Part shown: positions 18,041 through 26,474 of the stretch, piece after piece
Layout of the letters: each line of letters starts with the position of its first letter
How positions within the stretch are numbered: the first letter of the stretch is position 1
IMG/VR virus record: IMGVR_UViG_3300020576_006930
Span: 75,133-139,132 of that record
Strand: one strand, 5' to 3'
Length of the DNA: 64,000 nucleotides
Source: a virus
Taxonomy: Duplodnaviria; Caudoviricetes
Notes under the pieces: generated by a model
What the model saw: only the letters and a program-made list of their open reading frames with translations
Databases searched by the model: none
What the model was told of the DNA's origin: nothing
Translations under genes and position numbers: made by a program

Positions 18041-18448
18041 ATGAAAAAGGTAAAAATAATCTGGTTTTGTCTTGGGTTTATTATAACCGGTCTATTATGG
18101 GCGGCGCCTTCCAAACAATTGTTGGGGCCAACCGCAAGTACAACCGCTAACGCATTGGCCCGATGGACCGATACCACGGCTTCCCGCTTGACTAATTCCG
18201 TGGTGTTCGTGGATATCAATGGCAATCTCAGCGGAGTTAATACCCAGAATTTGAACCAAGCTAATATTAGTACAGGTATCACCACCAATGGTCTGATTTT
18301 TTTAAGCCGCAGTAGTTTACCTAGTGCCAGTGATGTAGGTGGAACTATCGGTTCCATCACGAATTATCTTATGACGGTAACTAACGGAATAACGACGGTG
18401 TTTTGGTCCGACGGCACCACTTTATACAGCAAACAAATCGCTCCTTAA
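18041..18448 (+). CDS. Exported stand-alone copy of the shared 111-aa C-terminal domain
   Basis: MKKVKIIWFCLGFIITGLLWA signal peptide followed by KQLLGP...WSDGTTLYSKQIAP. Confidence 0.8.
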   Translation: MKKVKIIWFCLGFIITGLLWAAPSKQLLGPTASTTANALARWTDTTASRLTNSVVFVDINGNLSGVNTQNLNQANISTGITTNGLIFLSRSSLPSASDVGGTIGSITNYLMTVTNGITTVFWSDGTTLYSKQIAP

Positions 18449-18454
18449 AACGAT

Positions 18455-19084
18455 ATGAAAAAAATACTAACATTCTTGCTGGCGATTCCATGGTTGGCAT
18501 CGGCTCAAATCGGGATCACCGGCAACGCGGCGTTTGTTGGCGCGGCGGGCTTCTCGGTTGCGAGCACGGGCGGAGGCAGTTGCCCCGGCACGCCTACGGT
18601 GGCCCAAAATGTTTACAACGCAAATCAAGCATGTGGGCTTACGGATGGAATTGGACATTACCGAACGGGTTTAATCGGATACACCAACTCGGCGACGATC
18701 AACATTTGCGGGGCTGACTTTTTAATGACCTATGTGGCGGGTGACATTTCAGGGCTGACGTTTAAGGCTTATGTTTACTCGCTATCTGGAAACAACCTCG
18801 ACACGTTGCTAGCAACATCCTCAACCACGATTTCTGGTAATAATAGCTGGTCCCATACCACCAATCATTTCGATTTTTCAACGGCGGCTACCGTTAGTCC
18901 GGGAACGCGCGTAGCAGTTTTTGTGCAACCAACGCAGGCGGGGGATAATTCCAACTACGCTAGAATTGACGTGCAAGACACAAATGTTTTGACCCCCGGA
19001 AACTTAGCGACTTGGAATAGCACGGGCGGAATTGAATTGAACGCAACCACGAATGACCCATGGATAAGCCTTTATTTTTATTGA
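18455..19084 (+). CDS. Small exported beta-sandwich protein
   Basis: MKKILTFLLAIPWLASA-Q signal peptide; beta-rich domain resembling 20870..21370. Confidence 0.7.
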   Translation: MKKILTFLLAIPWLASAQIGITGNAAFVGAAGFSVASTGGGSCPGTPTVAQNVYNANQACGLTDGIGHYRTGLIGYTNSATINICGADFLMTYVAGDISGLTFKAYVYSLSGNNLDTLLATSSTTISGNNSWSHTTNHFDFSTAATVSPGTRVAVFVQPTQAGDNSNYARIDVQDTNVLTPGNLATWNSTGGIELNATTNDPWISLYFY

Positions 19085-20868
19085 TCGGTTTGCTGCTGGC
19101 ATTGCAGGCGCAAGCGGCGACCAACATTGCAACGAGTGTGTCTCGCTCTGATGTTAACGCGGCAATGTCGGCCTGTTCCAACGGGGATACCCTTTCGATT
19201 CCCGCCGGGTCCGCAGTGTGGACTTCGGCGCTTACGGTGACGAAATCAATTTCAATCATCGGAGCTGGCACAAATGCAACCTTCATCACCAACGGGCAAG
19301 CTAGCGGGGTCTGCACCATTTTTGCGTTTGAACCCAGCGCGAACGCCCCGCAGCGGCTTAGTTCAATGGCTTTCATCCAGACCAACGGGTTTGCTCAGCA
19401 ATATGTAATTACTGTCAAGGGGGCTATTAGCTCGTTTCGGCTCGACCGCTGTTTTTTTACTCAAGGCAAGACTATCATCCAAACGGCACTCGCGGCGGGA
19501 AGCGGGCCGGTTTTCGGCGTGATTGACCATAACCATTTCTATAATTGTTCACTGGAAATACAGTGCTTCAATTTCCGAACCGGAGACACGTTGGACGGCG
19601 ACCAAATGTGGACAGCCTGGCGGGCCGCTCCGAGCAGCTATATCGGAACGACTAACAGCATGGTGGTAGAAAATAATGCGTTCCATGTGGACAACTCTTT
19701 GGCGGGTGACAATGACGAGCCAATGAGCGGAGGGCGTGGGGCAATTTACGCTTGGCGATTCAACACCCATCGAAGCGACAACACCTCGCGGGCCTATGTG
19801 GGTGTTGATATGCATGGTGCGTTTGCGGGGGTTCGTGGGGGAACGCTGTATGAGATTTACTCCAACAATTTTTACATTGCCACCACATACCGACTCACCA
19901 AACAGCGAGGCGGAAGCTGGATATCCTACGGCAACACCTATTGGAACACGAACACGGTGAGGGACTTCATAAACTTGGGTGCGGAAACGGGCACCGAGCA
20001 AACGGCGAATGCGGCGACCGGCGACGGTTACACCAATTCTTTTTATTGGGGGAACATCTCAAACGGTTCGGAAAATACAACCGTTGTTAACGACAGTCTG
20101 CTGCCCGCAGTTGAGGGGACGCATTACTTTTTGCACGCCCCGGCTTCCACCAACAATTTTTACCCCTACACCCCGCTTGTCTATCCGCATCCACTCGTGA
20201 CGGCGCAGGATGGCGGCGGAGGCGGCGACGTAACCGCCCCGACCTGCGTGATCACATCGCCGGCCTCGGTATCGAGCGGGAGCAGCGGAAGCTACAGCAC
20301 CAGCAGCAGCACGATCACGGTGAGCGGAACGAGCGACGATGCGACGGCGACGGTGACGTGGAGCAATTCACGCGGGGGAGCGGGTACGGCGACGGGAAGC
20401 ACAAGCTGGTCCGCACCAGACATCGCTCTTTATTATGGTGGTAATACACTAACTATATCAGCGACGGATTTGAATTCCAATATAACCTCCACCGTCCTGT
20501 ATGTCATTTATATTAGTCCTTTTTCCACTGCGAAACAAATCACCGGTCCCTTAGCTTATTCCCGGGCGCAATCCGCGGCGACCTGGGCCGATACCAATGC
20601 TTATAAAGTACTGGATTCACCCGTTTTAATTGATAATATTGGGAATATCACTGGCGTAAATACTCAACAGATGGTCCAAGCAAATGTCACGACTTTATAT
20701 ACCACCAATGGCTTCCTCTTACAACAGAAAGCAAGCCCACCGGAAGTGTCAACCATCGGCGGTTCAGTTGGTAGTATAACCAATGGTTTTTTATTGAATT
20801 ATAATGGCAAAATTTATATGTATTGGAGTGACGGTAATACATTATATTCCAAACAATTAATCCCCTAA
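19060..20868 (+). CDS. Exported right-handed beta-helix (pectate-lyase-like) protein with Ig-like domain and shared C-terminal domain
   Basis: LLIGLLLALQAQA signal peptide; GDTLSIPAG, VIDHNHF, VVENNAF, EIYSNNF beta-helix rungs; shared C-terminal domain at 20533-20868. Confidence 0.75.
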   Translation: MDKPLFLLIGLLLALQAQAATNIATSVSRSDVNAAMSACSNGDTLSIPAGSAVWTSALTVTKSISIIGAGTNATFITNGQASGVCTIFAFEPSANAPQRLSSMAFIQTNGFAQQYVITVKGAISSFRLDRCFFTQGKTIIQTALAAGSGPVFGVIDHNHFYNCSLEIQCFNFRTGDTLDGDQMWTAWRAAPSSYIGTTNSMVVENNAFHVDNSLAGDNDEPMSGGRGAIYAWRFNTHRSDNTSRAYVGVDMHGAFAGVRGGTLYEIYSNNFYIATTYRLTKQRGGSWISYGNTYWNTNTVRDFINLGAETGTEQTANAATGDGYTNSFYWGNISNGSENTTVVNDSLLPAVEGTHYFLHAPASTNNFYPYTPLVYPHPLVTAQDGGGGGDVTAPTCVITSPASVSSGSSGSYSTSSSTITVSGTSDDATATVTWSNSRGGAGTATGSTSWSAPDIALYYGGNTLTISATDLNSNITSTVLYVIYISPFSTAKQITGPLAYSRAQSAATWADTNAYKVLDSPVLIDNIGNITGVNTQQMVQANVTTLYTTNGFLLQQKASPPEVSTIGGSVGSITNGFLLNYNGKIYMYWSDGNTLYSKQLIP

Positions 20869-20869
20869 T

Positions 20870-21370
20870 ATGCTAAGTCCTATTTTCATTATGGGTCAGT
20901 TCCTTCAGCCCTTATATGGGTTTTCTGTTGCCGCCGCCGGCGATATCGTTTGGATTTCGCAAACCACCGACGCGGATTGGTGGCAAGGGACCATTCACTC
21001 TCAAGGGATTAAAAACTCATCGGCCCGCACCATTTCAAAAGTTAGAATCAAACTGGAAAATGCCGCCGGGGATACCACGGGCACCGTCGGCATTTACTCG
21101 CTTCAAAATGCCGGCGGAACCCAAACCGGAACAAGCTCGCAAGCCGTAACCCTAACCGGCGCAACCGCCGCATGGTATGAGTTCACGTGGGCGTCTAATC
21201 CGACAACGACGGCAGGCGACTTTTTTATCTGCCTATCCTGCGGGAGCGGGAACATTCGTGTGCGAACCAGCACGGTTTCGACGAGTTATGAAAACTCGTC
21301 TTACGACTACTGGAACGATGCGACCACGCACGCGGCAGACATGGTGTTTGAAATTTATACAATCCCTTGA
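20870..21370 (+). CDS. Small beta-sandwich protein, probable paralog of 18455..19084
   Basis: TISKVRIKL..VGIYS..WYEFTW..DMVFEIY parallels INICGADF..AYVYS..HFDFS..WISLYFY; signal peptide unclear. Confidence 0.6.
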   Translation: MLSPIFIMGQFLQPLYGFSVAAAGDIVWISQTTDADWWQGTIHSQGIKNSSARTISKVRIKLENAAGDTTGTVGIYSLQNAGGTQTGTSSQAVTLTGATAAWYEFTWASNPTTTAGDFFICLSCGSGNIRVRTSTVSTSYENSSYDYWNDATTHAADMVFEIYTIP

Positions 21371-23424
21371 AGCGTTTTCTTTCATTTATTTTTGCGGTTG
21401 GTTTGGCCCTGCCAGCTTTTTCGGCTACCTACTATATTGATTACGGGGCGGCGAATGATTCGGCCAATGGTCTGACCACCTCCACCCCCTGGAAGCGATG
21501 CCCGGGCATGGTGGGCTTCGCTGGCACTTACTCGCATAGCGCAGGCGACGTGTTCACATTCAAGGGTGGGGTGACGTGGCCAAAGACGGTCTTCCCTTTG
21601 ACCATCGGTTACAGCGGCGCCGCTGGCAACGTGGACACCTATACTGTGGATCAAACTTGGTATTCAGGAGGGGCTTACGACTATCCGGTTTTCGACGGCG
21701 AGACGACGCTCGGAGGTGCGATTATTTCAATTCCGGCAGGTGGCCGGGATTACATAAAGATCAATGGGTTGAAGATGCAGAATTGCGACAACGGCACGAA
21801 CTCCGTAGGCGCAATTATGATTGACATGTATGATGGGCGAGATATTGAAATCAGCTATTGCTGGCTCGCCCCAAACTCCATCGAGGCTTTTGATTACCTA
21901 GCCAACTCCAAAAGCGCGGCCAACATTTCAATCCACCATTGCACGATCCGAAACGCGATTCGAGGGGTGGTTTATGCCACGACCGGATTCAGCGTGACGA
22001 ACGTTTCAGTTTACAACAACGATTGGCAAGGGCCGGGGACGATGTACATGGGCGGCTACCATGCAGACGGCTTAATGGTGGGCGACCCAATCGCCGGCGT
22101 GGCCAATTCGATTTACAACTTGCGCGTTTACAACAACAAATTCTACGGGAATTGGCAGATTGCAACAGCCATCATTTACAGCAATGGGGGCGTGAACGGC
22201 GCTGAGATTTACAACAACGTCTTTTCGTTGGAAAACACAAACGGATACGCGACCAATCAGCCAATTTTCGGAGCGTTCTGCCAGTTTTATCGAAACGACA
22301 CCAATCTTCGTTTCTACAACAACACCTTCTCCAGTGACGCCATGCACGGATGGAACGGCAGTGACCCGTTAGGGGCAAAGGCGGCGATTGCTCAATACAC
22401 TCCCATCAGCGGCGCAGTGTTGACCGCCTACAACAATCTTTTTTCCAAATGTGCAATCGGGATAAATGTTGATGCGACGGTAACGGTTGTTTCAGATTAC
22501 AACCTGCACGAGCCAGACGCATCGCATTGGGGTTATCTGATCTGGGGGGCGACCGCGTATAGTTCGCTTGCCGCCGCGCAAGGGGCAGGCTATGAGCTTC
22601 ATTCGCCGGCACTGGCCTACGCCAGCTTTGTAACCGTTTCAAATGGCATCACGGGGGGTTCTGATTTCCGCCTTCAAACCAATTCTCCCGCCATCGGCGC
22701 CGGCACGAACCTAAGCGCCTTATTTACGGGCGACATTTTAGGTACCAATCGCGGAAGCTCGTGGACGCTTGGCGCGTATCAATCCGCGTCAAGCGGCGCC
22801 GGGGGCGGCGACGTTACCACCCCGACCGTTACCATTACCAGTCCCACTCATAACCAAGTTATTAGCGCAAACTCCATTGCGGTTAGCGGAACCAGTTCGG
22901 ACGATGTCGCCGTCAGTTCGGTCGCCTTGACTAATACCTCAATGAATGCCGGCGCCACGGTCACCGGAACAACCAGTTGGACGGCGACGATTCCCCTTCG
23001 CACCGGGACCAACCTTTTAAGCGCCGTGGCCACGGATAGCAGTGGTAATAAAGCTACTAATACGATCACGGTCATTTACTCCGTGGCCAAACAGATTATC
23101 GGCCCAGTCGGATTAACAACGGCCAGGGCGCTTGCACGTTGGTTGGACACTTCCGCTTATAAATTAGCAAATAGCTCAGTGGTTATTGATGATTTAGGTA
23201 ATGTCTCAGGTGTTAGTAACCAAACCATAATGAGACTGGACGTTGGTATAGTGTGTGTCTCCAACAACTTGATTTTTATCCAGCAAAACACTGCTCCAAT
23301 TGCTGGTGATATTGGGGGATCGGTTGGAAGTGTAACGAACTGCGTCATACGTAATGTCAATGGTATTCTAAATGGTTATTATTCAGACGGTGTAACTCTT
23401 TGGACAAAACAATTAGCCCCCTAA
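21367..23424 (+). CDS. Exported right-handed beta-helix protein with Ig-like domain and shared C-terminal domain
   Basis: TTG start overlapping the upstream stop; MKRFLSFIFAVGLALPAFS-A signal peptide; TYYID..DSANG..PWK, YNN rungs, DFRLQTNSPAIGAG..LGAY; shared C-terminal domain at 23089-23424. Confidence 0.78.
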   Translation: MKRFLSFIFAVGLALPAFSATYYIDYGAANDSANGLTTSTPWKRCPGMVGFAGTYSHSAGDVFTFKGGVTWPKTVFPLTIGYSGAAGNVDTYTVDQTWYSGGAYDYPVFDGETTLGGAIISIPAGGRDYIKINGLKMQNCDNGTNSVGAIMIDMYDGRDIEISYCWLAPNSIEAFDYLANSKSAANISIHHCTIRNAIRGVVYATTGFSVTNVSVYNNDWQGPGTMYMGGYHADGLMVGDPIAGVANSIYNLRVYNNKFYGNWQIATAIIYSNGGVNGAEIYNNVFSLENTNGYATNQPIFGAFCQFYRNDTNLRFYNNTFSSDAMHGWNGSDPLGAKAAIAQYTPISGAVLTAYNNLFSKCAIGINVDATVTVVSDYNLHEPDASHWGYLIWGATAYSSLAAAQGAGYELHSPALAYASFVTVSNGITGGSDFRLQTNSPAIGAGTNLSALFTGDILGTNRGSSWTLGAYQSASSGAGGGDVTTPTVTITSPTHNQVISANSIAVSGTSSDDVAVSSVALTNTSMNAGATVTGTTSWTATIPLRTGTNLLSAVATDSSGNKATNTITVIYSVAKQIIGPVGLTTARALARWLDTSAYKLANSSVVIDDLGNVSGVSNQTIMRLDVGIVCVSNNLIFIQQNTAPIAGDIGGSVGSVTNCVIRNVNGILNGYYSDGVTLWTKQLAP

Positions 23425-23497
23425 GCTATCTTTTTAATAAAATATTGATCGGTTTTCATACCGTTTACCATATTTATAATCAAAGGAATCTTATTAT

Positions 23498-23722
23498 ATG
23501 GACTGGTTAAAAGGTATTTTAGAAGACAATAGTGGCGGCGCATCCTCCACACGCATATTAATGTTGGTCTGGGGCGTCGGAGTTTTCGTCGTTTGGGCTT
23601 ATATTTCCCTCCATACGGGAGTAATGGTCGTTTTACCAGAAACCGTAATCACCGTGCTCCTTGGTACTTCCGCAATGAAAGTTGTTCAGCGGTTTGGGGA
23701 AAAGCCTGAAGATAAGAAATAA
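23498..23722 (+). CDS. Small two-TM membrane protein, holin candidate
   Basis: 74 aa, two hydrophobic helices, charged C-terminus (FGEKPEDKK); own TATTTATA (23471) and AAGGA. Confidence 0.5.
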   Translation: MDWLKGILEDNSGGASSTRILMLVWGVGVFVVWAYISLHTGVMVVLPETVITVLLGTSAMKVVQRFGEKPEDKK

Positions 23723-23803
23723 TTCCGGCGTTTAATACACGCTTGAATTTTTTGTTACGGTAGAGTTAAATAGGCTAGTGGTGTATATTTATTCTCAAGA
23801 CTC

Positions 23804-26020
23804 ATGCACCATCTAATTTTTCCAACTAAAGACTCTCACATCACCAATCAGAACTCTTATGCGGATAAGAATTTGGGATTGGATGAAATCCTAAAAGTCG
23901 GCTCTTATTCTCAATATTCTTCAGTCCGGGTGTATACCCACCTGTACACTTACCCCGACAATCAATATTTTGATTGCCTGCTCGTAGATAGTTTTGCGGG
24001 AACGATCACCGGTTCTTTCACCGGAACGGCAAGTTATGCGTCGGGTAGCATCAATGGCACAGGTATTCTGACCGCTTCCTATTTTGTCGGCAGTGTCACC
24101 GGCAGTGTTTTTGGTTTTGAGGCCGGCGTGCCTGTTGCGGATAATGCGTTTTCCGGTTCGTTATCCGCTTTTAGCGGCAACATCTCTTCCAGCGCTGGCG
24201 GCTTGTTCGGTTATCTCACCGCCAGTTTTAATTCCGCTTATTTGGTGACCTACACAGGTTACATCAGCGGCTCCACTGGACAAATCACCGGCTATCTTTC
24301 TGGCTCCAACACGGCCAATGAACAGGGTTATGAAATTCTTGAAAACAAGGTTATTAGCCGGGCCTTGTTAAAATTTGATCTCACTGCCATTTCCCGCTCC
24401 ATAGCCGATGGTTCCATTCCCAATCCCCAATTCCGGCTTAAAATGAAAATCGCTAAGGAGGAAGAACTACCTCTGGCTTATACCCTTTACACCTTCCCTG
24501 TCAGTCAGAGTTGGGAAATGGGTACAGGTTATTTTTCCGATGGTGGTAGCAATGAAGGCGTCAGTTGGAATTGGCGCAATTTTTATTCCAGTAGTTACTG
24601 GTATCCGCCAGTGGAGTCTGACTTTCTTCCGACGGCGGACTATCTTAACGACTCCGCTTCCACGTGGCTATCGTTTAATCGTGGGGGTGGAACCTGGTAT
24701 TACAAAGATGGGTTGAATAATAACGTCAAATGTACGCAATCGTTTGATTATGAGACCTCTGATGTCTATATGAATGTCACCAGCATTGTCCGGGCTTGGA
24801 TTACCGGCTCGCTACCCAACGAAGGTTTTATTGTAATGAGTTCCCTGGAAAACCAATCCGGCTCCAATGGGTTATTGACTTTCTTTTCCCGGGATACCAA
24901 TACGATTTTCTCCCCCACCTTGGATGTTATGTGGGATGATTCCGTGTGGACTACGGGGAGCGTAACGACCGCCAGTGTTACTTTAGCCACTTTTCCCGCC
25001 GGTATAAGTTCCAGTATTCAAACAGGTTCGACTTTAACGATTGCGGGTGGAATTGCGGGCTTGTTCTCCGGCAGTGGGTTTTTTGTTTATGGTAATCAAT
25101 TAGATGTCACCGCATCGGCCTTTGGAGGCTTTGTCGTTGGTCAGGGTTTGTCAGGAAATATTACCGGAATGCCGGTGTTGGGCAACATTACCGGCTCCAT
25201 CTCCGTGAGTCAATCGATTGTAACCGGCCCGTGTGGTAACGACTTTACCGCCTCATTTGTTTCCGCTTCTTTTACCAGTGGCCTTTTTAGTGGGAGTTCG
25301 TTTGGGGCTTACTATGTCGAAAATAAACTTGAAAATGGCTGGTTGACCGGTTCCTGGAGCCCTCTGGCGTTACTGGGAGCTAAGGTGGAAATCCCCATCC
25401 CAACCGGCATCGAACCGTACGCATACGCTTATGTTCACGGGATATACGTCAACGGCACGGCGTTGGGCATCTACACGCTTTCTGGATCCTCCACCGACAG
25501 CGCAAGTTTCAGTGGTCAGTTTATTGATGGGCAATTAGCTGGTGGCACAATCAATTTACAGATGAGTGGGAGTGTCTTTCCCGCAAGTTATATGTATACC
25601 AGCAGCGTGGAATACTCAACAAATGCTTTGACCGCGCTGAACACGGATATTCCGTTCGTAGCCGTGGTTCAAAATCTGCGCCAAAAATATAGCAATGGTA
25701 ATGTGGTGCGAATTAATGTTTTTGGGCGGGAAGAACAGCCGTTGAAAAACTTCGTTCGCCGGACGCAATTGACCCAGTATATGATCCCCGCCTATTTGCC
25801 GACAGCCTCATACTATGCTGTCAAGGACAATGAAACGGAAGAGGTGATCATCGACTTCGACGCTTATACGCGGTTAAGTTGCGATGAACACGGGAATTTC
25901 TTTATTCTGGATATGACGGGCCTGGCCCAGGAGCGCAATTATCGCATCCTTCTAAAATCCGTGGTCGGTGATGAGGTTTATGTCTTTGACAATGGCGACG
26001 TATTTAAAATTGTAAGATGA
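23804..26020 (+). CDS. Virion structural protein (DNRLRE-like core with S/G/T-rich insertions)
   Basis: KDSHI..NLGLDEILKV..SRALLKFDL..SWEMGTG..NVTSIVRAW..NEGFI..FFSRDTNTIFSPTLDVMWDD. Confidence 0.65.
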   Translation: MHHLIFPTKDSHITNQNSYADKNLGLDEILKVGSYSQYSSVRVYTHLYTYPDNQYFDCLLVDSFAGTITGSFTGTASYASGSINGTGILTASYFVGSVTGSVFGFEAGVPVADNAFSGSLSAFSGNISSSAGGLFGYLTASFNSAYLVTYTGYISGSTGQITGYLSGSNTANEQGYEILENKVISRALLKFDLTAISRSIADGSIPNPQFRLKMKIAKEEELPLAYTLYTFPVSQSWEMGTGYFSDGGSNEGVSWNWRNFYSSSYWYPPVESDFLPTADYLNDSASTWLSFNRGGGTWYYKDGLNNNVKCTQSFDYETSDVYMNVTSIVRAWITGSLPNEGFIVMSSLENQSGSNGLLTFFSRDTNTIFSPTLDVMWDDSVWTTGSVTTASVTLATFPAGISSSIQTGSTLTIAGGIAGLFSGSGFFVYGNQLDVTASAFGGFVVGQGLSGNITGMPVLGNITGSISVSQSIVTGPCGNDFTASFVSASFTSGLFSGSSFGAYYVENKLENGWLTGSWSPLALLGAKVEIPIPTGIEPYAYAYVHGIYVNGTALGIYTLSGSSTDSASFSGQFIDGQLAGGTINLQMSGSVFPASYMYTSSVEYSTNALTALNTDIPFVAVVQNLRQKYSNGNVVRINVFGREEQPLKNFVRRTQLTQYMIPAYLPTASYYAVKDNETEEVIIDFDAYTRLSCDEHGNFFILDMTGLAQERNYRILLKSVVGDEVYVFDNGDVFKIVR

Positions 26021-26021
26021 T

Positions 26022-26471
26022 ATGGAGTTCAACAATCAAATCAATAAGTTTCAAACGCTTGGTCTTTATGACTATAAATTTGATGAGGTCGGCAATGTCA
26101 TCGCCAACTCCGCCAGCGCAGAGTTTTCTTATAATTATCTAGCGTTACCGTTACGGGATATGGTTTACGACACCCAATCCATCACTGCGTATTACGATGT
26201 GGATTTTACTGAATTTGTTCCGGCTTTGGTTCCCGTCAGTGCCACGGATACAACGATTAACTCAACCGCCAATCAGGATTTAATAACGGAGAACAATCAG
26301 TTAAAATCCAAGATCGACGATTTGATTCAATTATCCGAATCCAACTCCGCGGTGGCCAAAAATGATGCGATCAAGCGTGTCATTTTAGATTTACGGATTG
26401 CGTTAAAGGAAGGTAAGGAAGACCGTGAATTTTCCGATGTATTTCCTTATACTGCCAAGGCAATTAATTAA
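26022..26471 (+). CDS. Hypothetical protein with coiled coil
   Basis: Tightly coupled ORF in the structural operon. Confidence 0.7.
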   Translation: MEFNNQINKFQTLGLYDYKFDEVGNVIANSASAEFSYNYLALPLRDMVYDTQSITAYYDVDFTEFVPALVPVSATDTTINSTANQDLITENNQLKSKIDDLIQLSESNSAVAKNDAIKRVILDLRIALKEGKEDREFSDVFPYTAKAIN

Positions 26472-26474
26472 ATT

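Noticed and set aside
18001-18041. Frameshift or readthrough joining the GH protein to the stand-alone C-terminal domain
   Set aside because: A TAG at 18026 lies in the frame of 18041, there is no slippery site, and the downstream ORF has its own signal peptide.
12851-23424. Exported cassette as host chromosomal DNA or a prophage boundary
   Set aside because: It is co-oriented and tightly spaced with phage tail genes, has phage-like AT-rich C-terminal domains, and contains no housekeeping or integrase genes. A read-level check is still advisable.
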